This document shows, in pieces, positions 49,370-58,847 of a DNA stretch of 64,000 nucleotides. Numbering within the stretch: position 1 is the stretch's first letter; each line of letters opens with the position of its first letter. The stretch covers positions 46,140 to 110,139 of the forward strand of contig CAWIHR010000043.1 of NCBI GenBank assembly GCA_963835945.1, read 5' to 3'. Source of the DNA: an uncultured Chloroflexia bacterium. Lineage in GTDB: Bacteria > Chloroflexota > Limnocylindria > Limnocylindrales > CSP1-4. A program made the translations under genes and the position numbers. Under the pieces are notes generated by a model that worked only from the letters and a program-made list of their open reading frames with translations, did no database searches and had not been told where the DNA came from.

Positions 49370-50488
49370 GTGAAGCTGTCGCTCATGCAAGAGAACCTGG
49401 CACGCGGACTGCAGGTCGTGGGCCGTGCGGTTTCCAGCCGGGCGACTCTACCCGTCTTGTCCAACGTGCTACTCCGCACTGAGGATGCTGGCCTCAAGCT
49501 GACCACCACCAACCTGGAGATCGGTATCACCTGCTGGATCCCTGGCAAGATCGAGACAGATGGCACATTGACGGTCCCCGCTCGACTTTTCGCCGACATC
49601 CTGAACTCTCTTCCGCCGGGCGAGCGGGTAGATCTTGACAGCGAAGGTACAGACAGCCTTCACATCCGCAGCGGCCGCTTTCGTGCGCACATTAGGGGCA
49701 TCGATGCCGAGGAGTTCCCGGCCATCCCCGCCGCCGGTGAACGGCCCACCACACGAGTTTCACAGAAGGTACTTCGCGCTGCCCTTGGTGAAGTGGCCTT
49801 CGCCGCCGCCAGCGACGAATCTCGGCCCATCCTGACGGGGGTTCTGACGCGCTTCGCCGGAGACCGGCTGACGATGGCCGCTGCCGACAACTACCAAATC
49901 GCTGTCAAGACCATCGACATCCTAGATCCCGTTGCGGAAAAGTCGGTGGTCGTGCCTGCTAGGTCGTACACCGAGCTCGTCCGGATCTTGTCGGACACCG
50001 ACGATCCGGTCGATGTAGTGCTCTCCCCAGCAAAGAACCAGGTGCTGTTCCATGTCGAGGGCGTCGAGCTGATCACGAGGCTCGTCGACGGGCAGTTCCC
50101 GAATTACCAGCAAGTCCTTCCCACATCCCACACGACGCGCGCCGTCGTGGACCGGGAGGACCTGTTGAAGGCCACTCACCTTTCCGCCCTTATCGCGAGC
50201 TCGTCGGCGAACGTCGTGAAGCTGACGGTCTCGGGGGATGGGGCAGGCAGCGTGGCGGTCTCGGCGAATGCAGAGATCGGCGACAACGAGGGCGAGATCG
50301 AGGCAACGGTCGAGGGCGAGGGCACAACAATCGCCTTCAATGCCCGGTTCCTCATCGACGTGCTGCAGAACCTAGACGCCGCGCAGCTCGCGCTCGAGTT
50401 CAACGGCCCGCTGTCGCCGGGCGTGCTCCGTCCAGTGGGCGACGCCGACTACGTGCACGTGATCATGCCCGTCCGGACGGCGTCGTAA
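49370..50488 (+). CDS. dnaN: DNA polymerase III beta sliding clamp
   Basis: GTG start; 372 aa; three-domain clamp, MKLSLMQENLARGLQVVGRAVSSRATLPVLSNVLL. Confidence 0.9.
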   Translation: MKLSLMQENLARGLQVVGRAVSSRATLPVLSNVLLRTEDAGLKLTTTNLEIGITCWIPGKIETDGTLTVPARLFADILNSLPPGERVDLDSEGTDSLHIRSGRFRAHIRGIDAEEFPAIPAAGERPTTRVSQKVLRAALGEVAFAAASDESRPILTGVLTRFAGDRLTMAAADNYQIAVKTIDILDPVAEKSVVVPARSYTELVRILSDTDDPVDVVLSPAKNQVLFHVEGVELITRLVDGQFPNYQQVLPTSHTTRAVVDREDLLKATHLSALIASSSANVVKLTVSGDGAGSVAVSANAEIGDNEGEIEATVEGEGTTIAFNARFLIDVLQNLDAAQLALEFNGPLSPGVLRPVGDADYVHVIMPVRTAS

Positions 50489-50516
50489 GTCGCTCGCTCC
50501 TCGCTAGGCTCCGACG

Positions 50517-51662
50517 TTGGTACGGCCGGCCGTGCGCATTCTTGAATTGGCGCTGGCCGATTTTCGCAGCTACGAGCGGCTGACGGTCGCATTCGAGCCC
50601 GGGCCACACGTCATCACTGGGCAGAACGCCGCCGGGAAGACGAACCTGCTCGAGGCGCTTGTGGTGCTCTCCCTTGGTCACTCGCACCGGACCCGGATCG
50701 ACCAGGACCTAGTTCGCTGGGGCGCCCCTGTCGCCCGCTTGGAGGCCGCGGTTACCCGAGAGCCGCTCTCCTCCGTAGTCGAGACCCTCGAGGTGGCCGT
50801 GTCGACCCCGGCGGCCGGCGTCCGGGCGCGTAAGCTGATCCGCGTCAACGGCGTGGGGCGGAGGCCGGCCGGGCTGTCGGCGATGCTCCGAACCGTCCTG
50901 TTCGCGCCGGAGGCGATGACGCTGGTGACGGGGTCGCCGTCTGTGCGCCGGGATGAGCTGGACGACTTGGCGACGCAGCTTCACCCCGCGCATGCCCGGT
51001 CGCTCGCCACCTATGGCCGGGCCCTCGCGCAGCGGAACAGCCTGCTGCGTTTGGTGCGCGAGGGCGGGCCCGGTGCCGACCAGCTTCCCTACTGGGACCG
51101 TCTGCTCGTGGAGGAGGGCGGGGCTATCGTTGAACGCCGGACAGCCGTGCTCGTTGAGCTTGCCGAGCCTCTTGTGTCGGCGCACGGGGAGATCGCGCCG
51201 GGCGAGGCAGAGCTCGCGCTCGTCTACGACACGAACGCTACGCCGTCTCCCGGCGAGACGCCGGGAGACGCGATCCGCCGGCGGCTGGCGGAAACCGCTG
51301 ACAAGGAAATATGGAACGGCCAGACGCTGATCGGTCCCCACCGCGACGACGTCCGCTTCCTGCTTGGCGGGCGCGACCTGGCCGTCTTCGGGTCACGCGG
51401 GCAGCAACGGACGGCGATCTTGGCACTAAAGCTCGGCGAGCTGGACGTGCTGGCGCGCACCGACGGAGTTGCGCCGCTCCTCCTGCTAGACGACGTGTTC
51501 AGCGAACTCGACCCGGCGCGCCGACGGCACCTGGTCCGGCGCATCCGCGCGCTGCCGCAGACGTTTGTGACGACCACGGCGCTCGAGGACCTGGACCAAG
51601 TGCTCGTGTCCGAGTCCACGGCATGGCGCGTCGTGCCGGGGCGCCTGGAGCGGCTGGGATGA
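50517..51662 (+). CDS. recF: DNA replication and repair protein RecF
   Basis: Walker A GQNAAGKTNLLEA, signature/Walker B ...LLLDDVFSELD; dnaA-dnaN-recF synteny. Confidence 0.9.
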   Translation: MVRPAVRILELALADFRSYERLTVAFEPGPHVITGQNAAGKTNLLEALVVLSLGHSHRTRIDQDLVRWGAPVARLEAAVTREPLSSVVETLEVAVSTPAAGVRARKLIRVNGVGRRPAGLSAMLRTVLFAPEAMTLVTGSPSVRRDELDDLATQLHPAHARSLATYGRALAQRNSLLRLVREGGPGADQLPYWDRLLVEEGGAIVERRTAVLVELAEPLVSAHGEIAPGEAELALVYDTNATPSPGETPGDAIRRRLAETADKEIWNGQTLIGPHRDDVRFLLGGRDLAVFGSRGQQRTAILALKLGELDVLARTDGVAPLLLLDDVFSELDPARRRHLVRRIRALPQTFVTTTALEDLDQVLVSESTAWRVVPGRLERLG

Positions 51663-52009
51663 CGTCTGGACGAAGGCGCCCTATGCGACGGCTGGGTGAC
51701 CTCCTGCCCGAGGCCGCGGCGTCGCTTGGGCTCGAGGACGAGCTGCGCATGGCGCGGGCGATGTCTGCGTGGGAGCGCATCCTAGCGGAGCACCTGCCGA
51801 CCGCGGCCGGCAGGTCGCGTCTGATCGGGTTTCGCGGGGACGCGCTGCTGGTGACGGCCGACTCGGGGCTCGTTGCGTCCGAGCTGCGCATGCGCTCGCC
51901 ACTCCTGCTCGCCGCGCTGGCCTCGTCCCCAGGCGCCGTCCGCGCCCGTGAGTTGCACGTGGCCGTTCGACGCTCCGGGGTTGGCCGGGGCAACGGCCCC
52001 GACGTGTAG
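51659..52009 (+). CDS. dciA: DUF721 protein (DciA-like helicase-loader family), downstream of recF
   Basis: 116 aa; ATG overlaps recF stop; ...MARAMSAWERILAEHLPTAAGRSRLIGFRGDALLVTADSGLVASELRMR... Confidence 0.7.
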   Translation: MTSGRRRPMRRLGDLLPEAAASLGLEDELRMARAMSAWERILAEHLPTAAGRSRLIGFRGDALLVTADSGLVASELRMRSPLLLAALASSPGAVRARELHVAVRRSGVGRGNGPDV

Positions 52010-52021
52010 ACTCGGGAGATC

Positions 52022-54307
52022 ATGGCGGTCCGGCTCCATACGAACCTCGGGCTGGTGCCGGAGGACGAGCGCCTGGAGGCCTCTCCGGACGCGGTGCTGG
52101 TTCAGGAGCCCACCATCGGCGCGACGGCGCGCTCGAAGGGCAGCCTGTACGCCATCGCGTCGGCGCGGGGCGCGACCGTTCGCGCTCGCGAGGGTACGCG
52201 GCTGCTCCTCGAGACGATCCAGCGCGAGTACTACTACGATGAATCGGCCGGCATCCCCATCTGCCTGCAGAAGGCGATTCGGACAGCGAACCGGCGCCTT
52301 GCGCACCGCCGCGATCTGCACCTGCCGCCTGGGGGCCTCGCGGCCGCGGTCGCCGTGGTCCGTGACCGCGAGCTCTACGTGGCGACGGTCGGGGATGCGG
52401 ACGCGTTTCTGGCCCGCCAAGGCCGCTTCCTAACGCTCCCCGACGCCGAGCGGGGGCCCGGGCTGCCGACGCCCGGCGACCTTCAGGTGGACGTATGGCG
52501 CGGCGAGCTGCAGGTGGGTGACGTGGTGCTCATCGGCTCACGCGAGCTGGCGGAACGGCTGGGGACGGAGGAGCTGCGCCAGGCGATCACGACGCTGCAC
52601 CCAGGGCCGGCGGCGCGGCACCTGCACAACCGCCTTGTGGCCGAGGGCACGCAGGGCTCCGACGCCGTCATGGTCGTCGAGGCCTCGGAGGTGCCGGCGA
52701 CTCGTGTCGAGCATCACCTGGTTCCAGTCCGGCCGGCCGCGCCGCTGGCCGGCGCACCCGATCACTCGCCCATCCCGCTCGCGGATTCCGTTGTGGGCGG
52801 GGTGACGGCCGTGCGCGGTACCGCGCGGCGAGCCAGCAATGCGGGGGCAACCGCGCTCGTGGCACTCCTCGACCGCGGTTTGGATCTCCTGCCGAAGCGG
52901 GGCCCTTCGCCGCAGCGTGTGCGCTCGGTGACCGACCGCCGGGCGGCGGAGCGGCGGGTCGCCACCGCGGTGCTAGGCGTGCTGGTCCTCGTGCTCTTCA
53001 TCGGCGTGGGGTACTGGCTGGTGAGCGGGGGCCTCCAGGGCAAGACGGCGGAGATCCAGAAGGCCAATTCGGGCGAGGACGCACTGGCGACGGCGCGCGA
53101 ACAGATCGGCCAGGTCTTCGGCGGTGGAGGCGACCTCGTGAAGGCCGACCCGCAGCAGGCACTGACGATCCTCCGCTCGGCCTGGCGGGAGCTCGACCAG
53201 GCTCAGCAGGCCGGCGCCGCCGCCGGGATCGTGGAGTTCTACCAGGAGCAGGTTTCAGCGGGGCTCGACCAGCTCTACTTCACGGTCCAGACCGCGGCGA
53301 CGACGCTGGTGACCATGAGCAAGCTCGATCCAGCTGCGGACCTCTCCGGCCTTGTGCTTGGCCCCGACGGCGCGGCCTACTCGATCGACCGCGCCGCGCA
53401 TACCGTCGTGCGTTTCGACCTCGCGAAGAAGACGGCTTCCGTGGTGGTCCGCGAGGGAGACGGTGGCGCCGACGGGGTCGGCGACCCGTGGCTGCTGACC
53501 GTCGGCGGGCCCGACGTGGTGATCGTCGACCACAACGGTGGCGTCTGGCGGTGGCGCCCGGCTGACCGGAACGGGCACGGCACGCTCGGCCTGATCGTGA
53601 TGAACCACTCGGTGACGTGGGGCAACGGCCTGACCGACGTCGAGACCTTCGTCCACGACGCTGACACCGGCTTGTATAACCTGTACGTCGTCGATCCGGG
53701 CTCGCAACAGATCATGCGATACGCGCCCGCGGCCGACGGGAGCGGGTTTCCGTCCGATCCGACCGGCTACCTGGCCACGGCGCAGGACGTGTCAGGCTTC
53801 GAGCAGGTCTTCATTGATGGCGACATCTACGCCCTGAGCACGAGTACCGTGACGCACTTCGTGAATGGGCGGCCGGACAGCGGCTTCTCGCTCGACACGC
53901 CGCCGGACGACCAGGACCTACGGCCGGGCCACGACTACCGGCTCATGACGGCCTCGGCCACGCGCGGCCAGGGCACGCTGTATCTGTACGATGCCACGCA
54001 CCAGCGGATCGCCGCCTTCGACAAGGCAACCGGCGCCTACAAGAGCGAATACGTCGCTGCGGCGGGCACGCCACAGCTCGTCGACCTGCGTGGCATGTTC
54101 CTGCTCGACCCGGGCGGTGGCGCAACCCCGTCCATCGTCTGGGTCACCGGCGACCGCCTAATGGTGACGCCGCTGCAGCCCGGCCAGGCCGGCGCCTCCG
54201 CGTCACCCACGCCCACCGCCTCGCCGCACGCGACGCGACGGCCGGCGGCCACGCGACGGCCGGCGGCCACGCGACGGCCGTCCCCGAGGGCCACCGCCCG
54301 GCCCTGA
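52022..54307 (+). CDS. PP2C-like phosphatase domain, TM helix and large extracytoplasmic repeat domain; C-terminal TRRPAA tandem repeats
   Basis: N-terminal ...VATVGDADAFLARQGRFLTLP... PP2C-like; TM ATAVLGVLVLVLFIGVGYWLV at ~aa 320; C-terminal ~420 aa Gly/Asp/Val-rich beta-rich region. Confidence 0.5.
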   Translation: MAVRLHTNLGLVPEDERLEASPDAVLVQEPTIGATARSKGSLYAIASARGATVRAREGTRLLLETIQREYYYDESAGIPICLQKAIRTANRRLAHRRDLHLPPGGLAAAVAVVRDRELYVATVGDADAFLARQGRFLTLPDAERGPGLPTPGDLQVDVWRGELQVGDVVLIGSRELAERLGTEELRQAITTLHPGPAARHLHNRLVAEGTQGSDAVMVVEASEVPATRVEHHLVPVRPAAPLAGAPDHSPIPLADSVVGGVTAVRGTARRASNAGATALVALLDRGLDLLPKRGPSPQRVRSVTDRRAAERRVATAVLGVLVLVLFIGVGYWLVSGGLQGKTAEIQKANSGEDALATAREQIGQVFGGGGDLVKADPQQALTILRSAWRELDQAQQAGAAAGIVEFYQEQVSAGLDQLYFTVQTAATTLVTMSKLDPAADLSGLVLGPDGAAYSIDRAAHTVVRFDLAKKTASVVVREGDGGADGVGDPWLLTVGGPDVVIVDHNGGVWRWRPADRNGHGTLGLIVMNHSVTWGNGLTDVETFVHDADTGLYNLYVVDPGSQQIMRYAPAADGSGFPSDPTGYLATAQDVSGFEQVFIDGDIYALSTSTVTHFVNGRPDSGFSLDTPPDDQDLRPGHDYRLMTASATRGQGTLYLYDATHQRIAAFDKATGAYKSEYVAAAGTPQLVDLRGMFLLDPGGGATPSIVWVTGDRLMVTPLQPGQAGASASPTPTASPHATRRPAATRRPAATRRPSPRATARP
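54226..54288 (+). repeat. Coding 18-bp tandem repeat (acgcgacggccggcggcc x ~3) encoding (TRRPAA)n at the C-terminus of the PP2C-like protein
   Basis: Read directly from sequence. Confidence 0.7.
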
Positions 54308-54367
54308 GAACGCCGCAGTCCGGCCGGCGCGACGGCCGCAAGGGGAGCCGCGTGTAGAATTCCCGGC

Positions 54368-54910
54368 ATGGCATCGGAAGGGCTCAGCAAGATGGTCGTC
54401 GAGAGCGTGCGGGTCCACGTGCTGTCGAGCCAGCATGTGGTGATCCTCAAGGAATTGGGGCGGGAGCGCTACCTCCCCATCTGGATCGGGCCCTGGGAGG
54501 CGAACGCCATCGCCATGAAACTGCAGGACCTCAAGCCAGAGCGGCCCCTGACGCACGACCTGTTCGTCAGCACGCTAGTGCAACTCGGGGCGACACTGCG
54601 GCAGGTGGTGGTCTCCGACCTGGCAGACGAGACGTTCCGCGCGCGGATGGTCATTGAGGTGGGTGGCAGGGCGCTTGACGTCGATGCCCGCCCGAGCGAC
54701 GCCATCGCACTCGCGATCCGCGGCGGGGTCTCGATCTACGCCACGCAGGCGGTCCTCGACCGGGCTGGGGTGGAGCCGGACGCCGACGCGGGCGCGGACC
54801 AGGAGGGCAGCGACCAACTGGCTGTCTTTCGCGACTTCGTCAACTCGCTCGACGTCGACCTTGGCGACGCACCGGGCGGCGGCGGGTCGGAGGGCCGGCC
54901 TGCCCGATAG
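54368..54910 (+). CDS. Bifunctional nuclease family protein (BFN / DUF151)
   Basis: …HVVILKELGRERYLPIWIGPWEANAIAMKL...PLTHDLF...DARPSDAIALAIRGGVSIYA... matches the BFN family. Confidence 0.75.
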   Translation: MASEGLSKMVVESVRVHVLSSQHVVILKELGRERYLPIWIGPWEANAIAMKLQDLKPERPLTHDLFVSTLVQLGATLRQVVVSDLADETFRARMVIEVGGRALDVDARPSDAIALAIRGGVSIYATQAVLDRAGVEPDADAGADQEGSDQLAVFRDFVNSLDVDLGDAPGGGGSEGRPAR

Positions 54911-54974
54911 AACCCCCGAACCACACGAGCCAAGCCCGAACGGCGGGTGCCTCCCGCCGGCGCGAGCCAGTCCG

Positions 54975-55765
54975 TCAGGCCGAGCTACGCACCACGGGGA
55001 TCCCGCGCCGCAGGGCCGCCGGCCGGTTCGCCCACAGGCGCAGCCGGAGCATCCAGAAGTCGCGCACGGCACGCAGCACGACGCGCGGCCTTGCGCCCGT
55101 GGCCTTCCCGGTCGTGCGGGGGAAGTGCGGCACTCCCACCTCCTGCAACCGCCCGCCGCGCTGCCGGAACTTGATGAGAAGCTCGGCCGACAGGAACGCC
55201 CCGCCCGACTCGAGGCGGACCCCCTCCAGCGCTTCGCGCCGGAAGACCTTACAGGCGCAGTCCACGTCGCGCACGCGGAGCCCGAAGAACGTCATTAGCG
55301 CCAGCCGGTAGAGGCGCGCGTAGACAAGCCGCACGGCCGGATCGGCGCGCTGCGTCCGGTACCCGACAACCGCGTCAGGCCGGCCCCCCCTTCCGGGCGC
55401 GCCGCCGGCTCGAACGCCGCCAACAGCCCGCCCAGGTCCGCAACTCGGAACTGTCGATCGCCGTCGGTGAAGCCGACGACCGGGAACCGCGCGGCCGCAA
55501 AGCCGCTGCGTAGCGCGGCGCCGTAGCCCAGGTTGGTGGCGTGGTGCACGGCACGTACGACGTCAGGGTGCTCGGCGGCCAGGCGGTCCGCCAGCGCCGG
55601 TGTGGCGTCGGTGCTGCCGTCGTCGACCGCGATGATCTCAAACCGCTCGGCCAGCGTCGGCAGCGTCTCGAGCGCCTCCTGCACTAGCCCTTCGATGTTG
55701 GCCTCCTCGTCGTGGGCGGGGAAGAAGTACGAGAGCGCCGGGACGAGTGCCGCGCGATCGGTCAT
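54975..55765 (-). CDS. GT2 polyprenyl-phosphate sugar synthase (Ppm1/DPM1/GtrB-like), one frameshift near 55340-55400
   Basis: ORF 55295..55765 (…FEIIAVDDGSTDAT...TNLGYGAALRSGF...GFTDGD...) plus ORF 54975..55334 (…DVDCACKVFRREALEGVRLESGGAFLSAELLIKF…). Confidence 0.8.
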
Positions 55766-57324
55766 TGAATGATCTCCCAGAGCGGGCTGTAGCCGGCGAT
55801 CGTGTCGTGCTCGACGAGTTGGTAACGGTACTCGAGCGAAGCGATGTCGGCCGGCTTACGGATCAGGAAGATCGGACGGTGCAGTGCCTCGAAATGCGCC
55901 ACTGCGTTGGCCACCGTCTCGTAGCCGTCGTCTAGGAGATTTCGGTCGTCCACGATCTGCACATCGGGCCGCCGTCCCTCCACCCACCGCCCGTACCACA
56001 GGGTCGTCGAGTAGCTCCACCACGAGATGACGACGGCGTCGCGCGGCAGGATCGCGTACGCCGCGTCGAGCCAGCGTGCGCCACTGTCGTCGGCGGCGCC
56101 GTGCTGCTGCGCCTGGCCGGCGAGGGCACGTTGCCCGGGCAGCGTCAGCACAATCACGGCAGCCAGGACGAGGGCACCGGCGCGCAAGAATCGGGGGATG
56201 GCGCGCAGGCGGAGGCGGCCGAGCAGCCGTGCCGCGGCGTCCCATGCTAACGAGGCGGCGACGCCTGCCCAGAGCGCGACGATCGCGAGCGGGACCAGGT
56301 AGTAGCGATCCGGGAACCCGTCGTTGTAGGCACGGGCGAAGATGGTGACGATGACGAACCAGGTGGTGGTGAGGAGCACTACCGGCAACCTCGGGCCCCG
56401 GAGGCGGCCGAGTCCCACGACCACCGCTGCGAACCCCGCCACGGCTACGACCAGCACCGCGGCGCTCAACTGGGTGGCAAAGATGTCGACGACGGCCCCG
56501 AGCCCGCCGGTGAGCGGGTTGTGCAGCAGGCCGCCGAACTGGAGGCCGAGGACCAGGTACGCGAAGCGCGCCGCGGTCGTTGGGTGTGCGTAGTCGAGCG
56601 GCGGGTTCATCGAAGCCCGGAGAGGAATGTAGGCGTATAGCAGGGCGGTCAGCAGCACGATTAGGCCCGCGCACGTGGCGACGAAACGGGGACGCCGCGC
56701 GAAGAGGCTCGGCTGGGCCGCGAGGAGCAGGACCAGGATGCCCGGCGCCAGCAGCACGCTCAGAGCGTGGTTGCCGAGCGCAACCGCGTAAACCGCCGCG
56801 GCCGACAGGAGTAGACGATCCGCCACTCGGTCGGGCGTCCGTTCGCGACCAGCGTCCGTTTCCCGCACGCGCTGCGCCCATGCGACCAGCAGGAAGAGCA
56901 GCAGTGCAGAGAGGAACAAGTGGAGAGCGTGCGGGTCGGCGCGTTCGGCCGTCCACCAGGAGATGGGGGCGCTGGCAAGCAGGAGGCCCGCCGCGACGGC
57001 AGGAACTACGCGCCCGGTCAGGCGCTGTACCGTCGCGGCGACAAGACCGGCGGACCCGGCCATGAGGATGGCGGATAACAGGTCGATGCGGAACGCGGTC
57101 CCCCCGAACGGCGACAGGATGATGCTGGCCGCCCACGTGAGCAGTACGTAGGCAGGAAAGCCCGTGGGGTGTGCGATCCCCAGGATGGGCCCCACTGTCT
57201 GGAATTCAGCCGTGTCCCAGAACCCGACGGTGGGCATCAATGTCGGCAGGTAGAGCACGAGCGCCACGAGGAAGGCGGCGATCCCGCTCACCATCCCAGC
57301 GTCACGCCCCAGTACACGCCCCAC
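55762..57324 (-). CDS. DUF2723 (TMEM260-like) polytopic membrane protein, putative GT-C mannosyltransferase
   Basis: 520 aa; N-terminal ...PTVGFWDTAEFQTVGPILGIAHPTGFPAYVLL... DUF2723 signature; ~11 TM helices plus C-terminal soluble domain. Confidence 0.65.
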   Translation of the reverse strand: MGRVLGRDAGMVSGIAAFLVALVLYLPTLMPTVGFWDTAEFQTVGPILGIAHPTGFPAYVLLTWAASIILSPFGGTAFRIDLLSAILMAGSAGLVAATVQRLTGRVVPAVAAGLLLASAPISWWTAERADPHALHLFLSALLLFLLVAWAQRVRETDAGRERTPDRVADRLLLSAAAVYAVALGNHALSVLLAPGILVLLLAAQPSLFARRPRFVATCAGLIVLLTALLYAYIPLRASMNPPLDYAHPTTAARFAYLVLGLQFGGLLHNPLTGGLGAVVDIFATQLSAAVLVVAVAGFAAVVVGLGRLRGPRLPVVLLTTTWFVIVTIFARAYNDGFPDRYYLVPLAIVALWAGVAASLAWDAAARLLGRLRLRAIPRFLRAGALVLAAVIVLTLPGQRALAGQAQQHGAADDSGARWLDAAYAILPRDAVVISWWSYSTTLWYGRWVEGRRPDVQIVDDRNLLDDGYETVANAVAHFEALHRPIFLIRKPADIASLEYRYQLVEHDTIAGYSPLWEIIQ

Positions 57325-58760
57325 AGGTTCACCAGTATCGACAGCCCGACGAGGAAGAGTACGCGCCGGTTGAGCCCCATGTGGGCGATCTCCAAGGTGA
57401 CCGGCACCAGCGCGAAGGCAACGAAATCATTGCTGAAGCGCCAGCCGAACTGTACCCACCCTTGGCTGAAGTGCGCCGCGTCGGCCAGCCCGATCAGCAT
57501 GACGGCCAAGCCCCCGGCCGCGACCACCCGGTCGCGCCGCAGCCTCCGGAGCGCTGGGAGCGCGAGCAGGTACGCCGGACTCACGAGGATCAGCCCCATC
57601 CCGATCGGGTCGGGCCGCACCGTGCCGCAGTTCGGATCGAGCAGCGCGAGGCCGCACCCGGGCCGGATTTCGGGCGGGTTGAACAGCGCAAGCCGCAGGT
57701 TCTGCGGGATGTAACGCACGTCCTCCACCCCCCAGTTCGCATGGTAGAGCGCCGGCTCAGGGTGGTACTCGGTCCGCGCGATGGTGGCGTAGGCCGGGCT
57801 GAACGGCTGGCCCGTGGACGCGACGTTGTAACCGGCGAGCACCACGAGTGGGATAGCGGCGCCGACCACGGCCAGGACGAGCCGGCTGCGCCACGTGCCG
57901 CCGCCGACGAGGAACAGGAAGGGTAGGCCGAAGATGACGGTCAGCCGGGCGAGCGTCGCGAACCCCAGCAGCAGGCCCGCGACGAACGCGGCCCTGCTTC
58001 CGCCGAGGTGGTGCGACCCGGTCGCTGCGCCCGAGCTGGGCACACTCTCCAACCCCGCCGATCTGCCTGGCGCTCCTGCACCCCTCAAGGCGAGGTCCGC
58101 GTCGATCGCGATGGTCACCGCCAGCAGCGAGAGTCCCACCGCCACCACGTGGGCGAGGAACCAGGTCGTGCCGATCGCGGCCGCGTACCAGGCCACGGTG
58201 CCGAATGCGAAGAACATCGTGGCGATCAGGACCACTCCGCGATCGGCCGCCAGACGCCGGCATAGGCGCCAGGCAAGCCCCACGTCGAGCGCGCCCAGCA
58301 GCGCCGCGATCAGGGATGCCGGGGTGGCTAGGCCCAGGATGGCCACGAACGGGAGGAGTGCGAGCGCGGGCAGCGGGGGGAACGGCAGGAGGCCGAGCCC
58401 CGGGTGGCCGGGATCAGGCACCACGTCCTGGAAGTACGAGTTCTGGTGGGGTCCGCTCGAGACGGGAAACGCGATGGCCAGTCGTCCGTGCAGCCAGGCG
58501 TCCGCCTGCCACACGAAGTGGTTGTACAGGTCGTCGTGCAACGGGTTGGAGACGACGTAAACGAGCGCCGCGACCGCGAGGAGCGCGAGACCCAGCGTGC
58601 GGGGCGGGATCTCGTCCAGGCGCAGCCCGAGGCGCGTGGTCGGTCCCAGTCTGGGCAGGCGTGGGCTGTCGTCGGCGTACCGAGGGGCGGGCCCCCAAGC
58701 TGGTCCTGCGGCCCCGACGGGAGTCGGCCGTCCCGCGTCCGTTGCTATACTGCCGTGCAC
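57288..58760 (-). CDS. GT-C fold membrane glycosyltransferase (ArnT/PMT-family, COG1807-like)
   Basis: 490 aa polytopic protein; divergent to the giant GT-C ORF. Confidence 0.55.
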   Translation of the reverse strand: MHGSIATDAGRPTPVGAAGPAWGPAPRYADDSPRLPRLGPTTRLGLRLDEIPPRTLGLALLAVAALVYVVSNPLHDDLYNHFVWQADAWLHGRLAIAFPVSSGPHQNSYFQDVVPDPGHPGLGLLPFPPLPALALLPFVAILGLATPASLIAALLGALDVGLAWRLCRRLAADRGVVLIATMFFAFGTVAWYAAAIGTTWFLAHVVAVGLSLLAVTIAIDADLALRGAGAPGRSAGLESVPSSGAATGSHHLGGSRAAFVAGLLLGFATLARLTVIFGLPFLFLVGGGTWRSRLVLAVVGAAIPLVVLAGYNVASTGQPFSPAYATIARTEYHPEPALYHANWGVEDVRYIPQNLRLALFNPPEIRPGCGLALLDPNCGTVRPDPIGMGLILVSPAYLLALPALRRLRRDRVVAAGGLAVMLIGLADAAHFSQGWVQFGWRFSNDFVAFALVPVTLEIAHMGLNRRVLFLVGLSILVNLWGVYWGVTLGW

Positions 58761-58847
58761 CTCGTCGCTCGTCAGGAGGCTCGTTCCCTGGCTCGATCGC
58801 CTTCGGCGGGTGGGACCGGACGCGGCCCTGGAGCGCCGGGATGGTCG

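Noticed and set aside
54226-54288. 18-bp direct repeats that could be mistaken for a CRISPR array
   Set aside because: Only ~3 units, no spacers, and they are in-frame coding sequence (TRRPAA) inside a large ORF; no cas genes.
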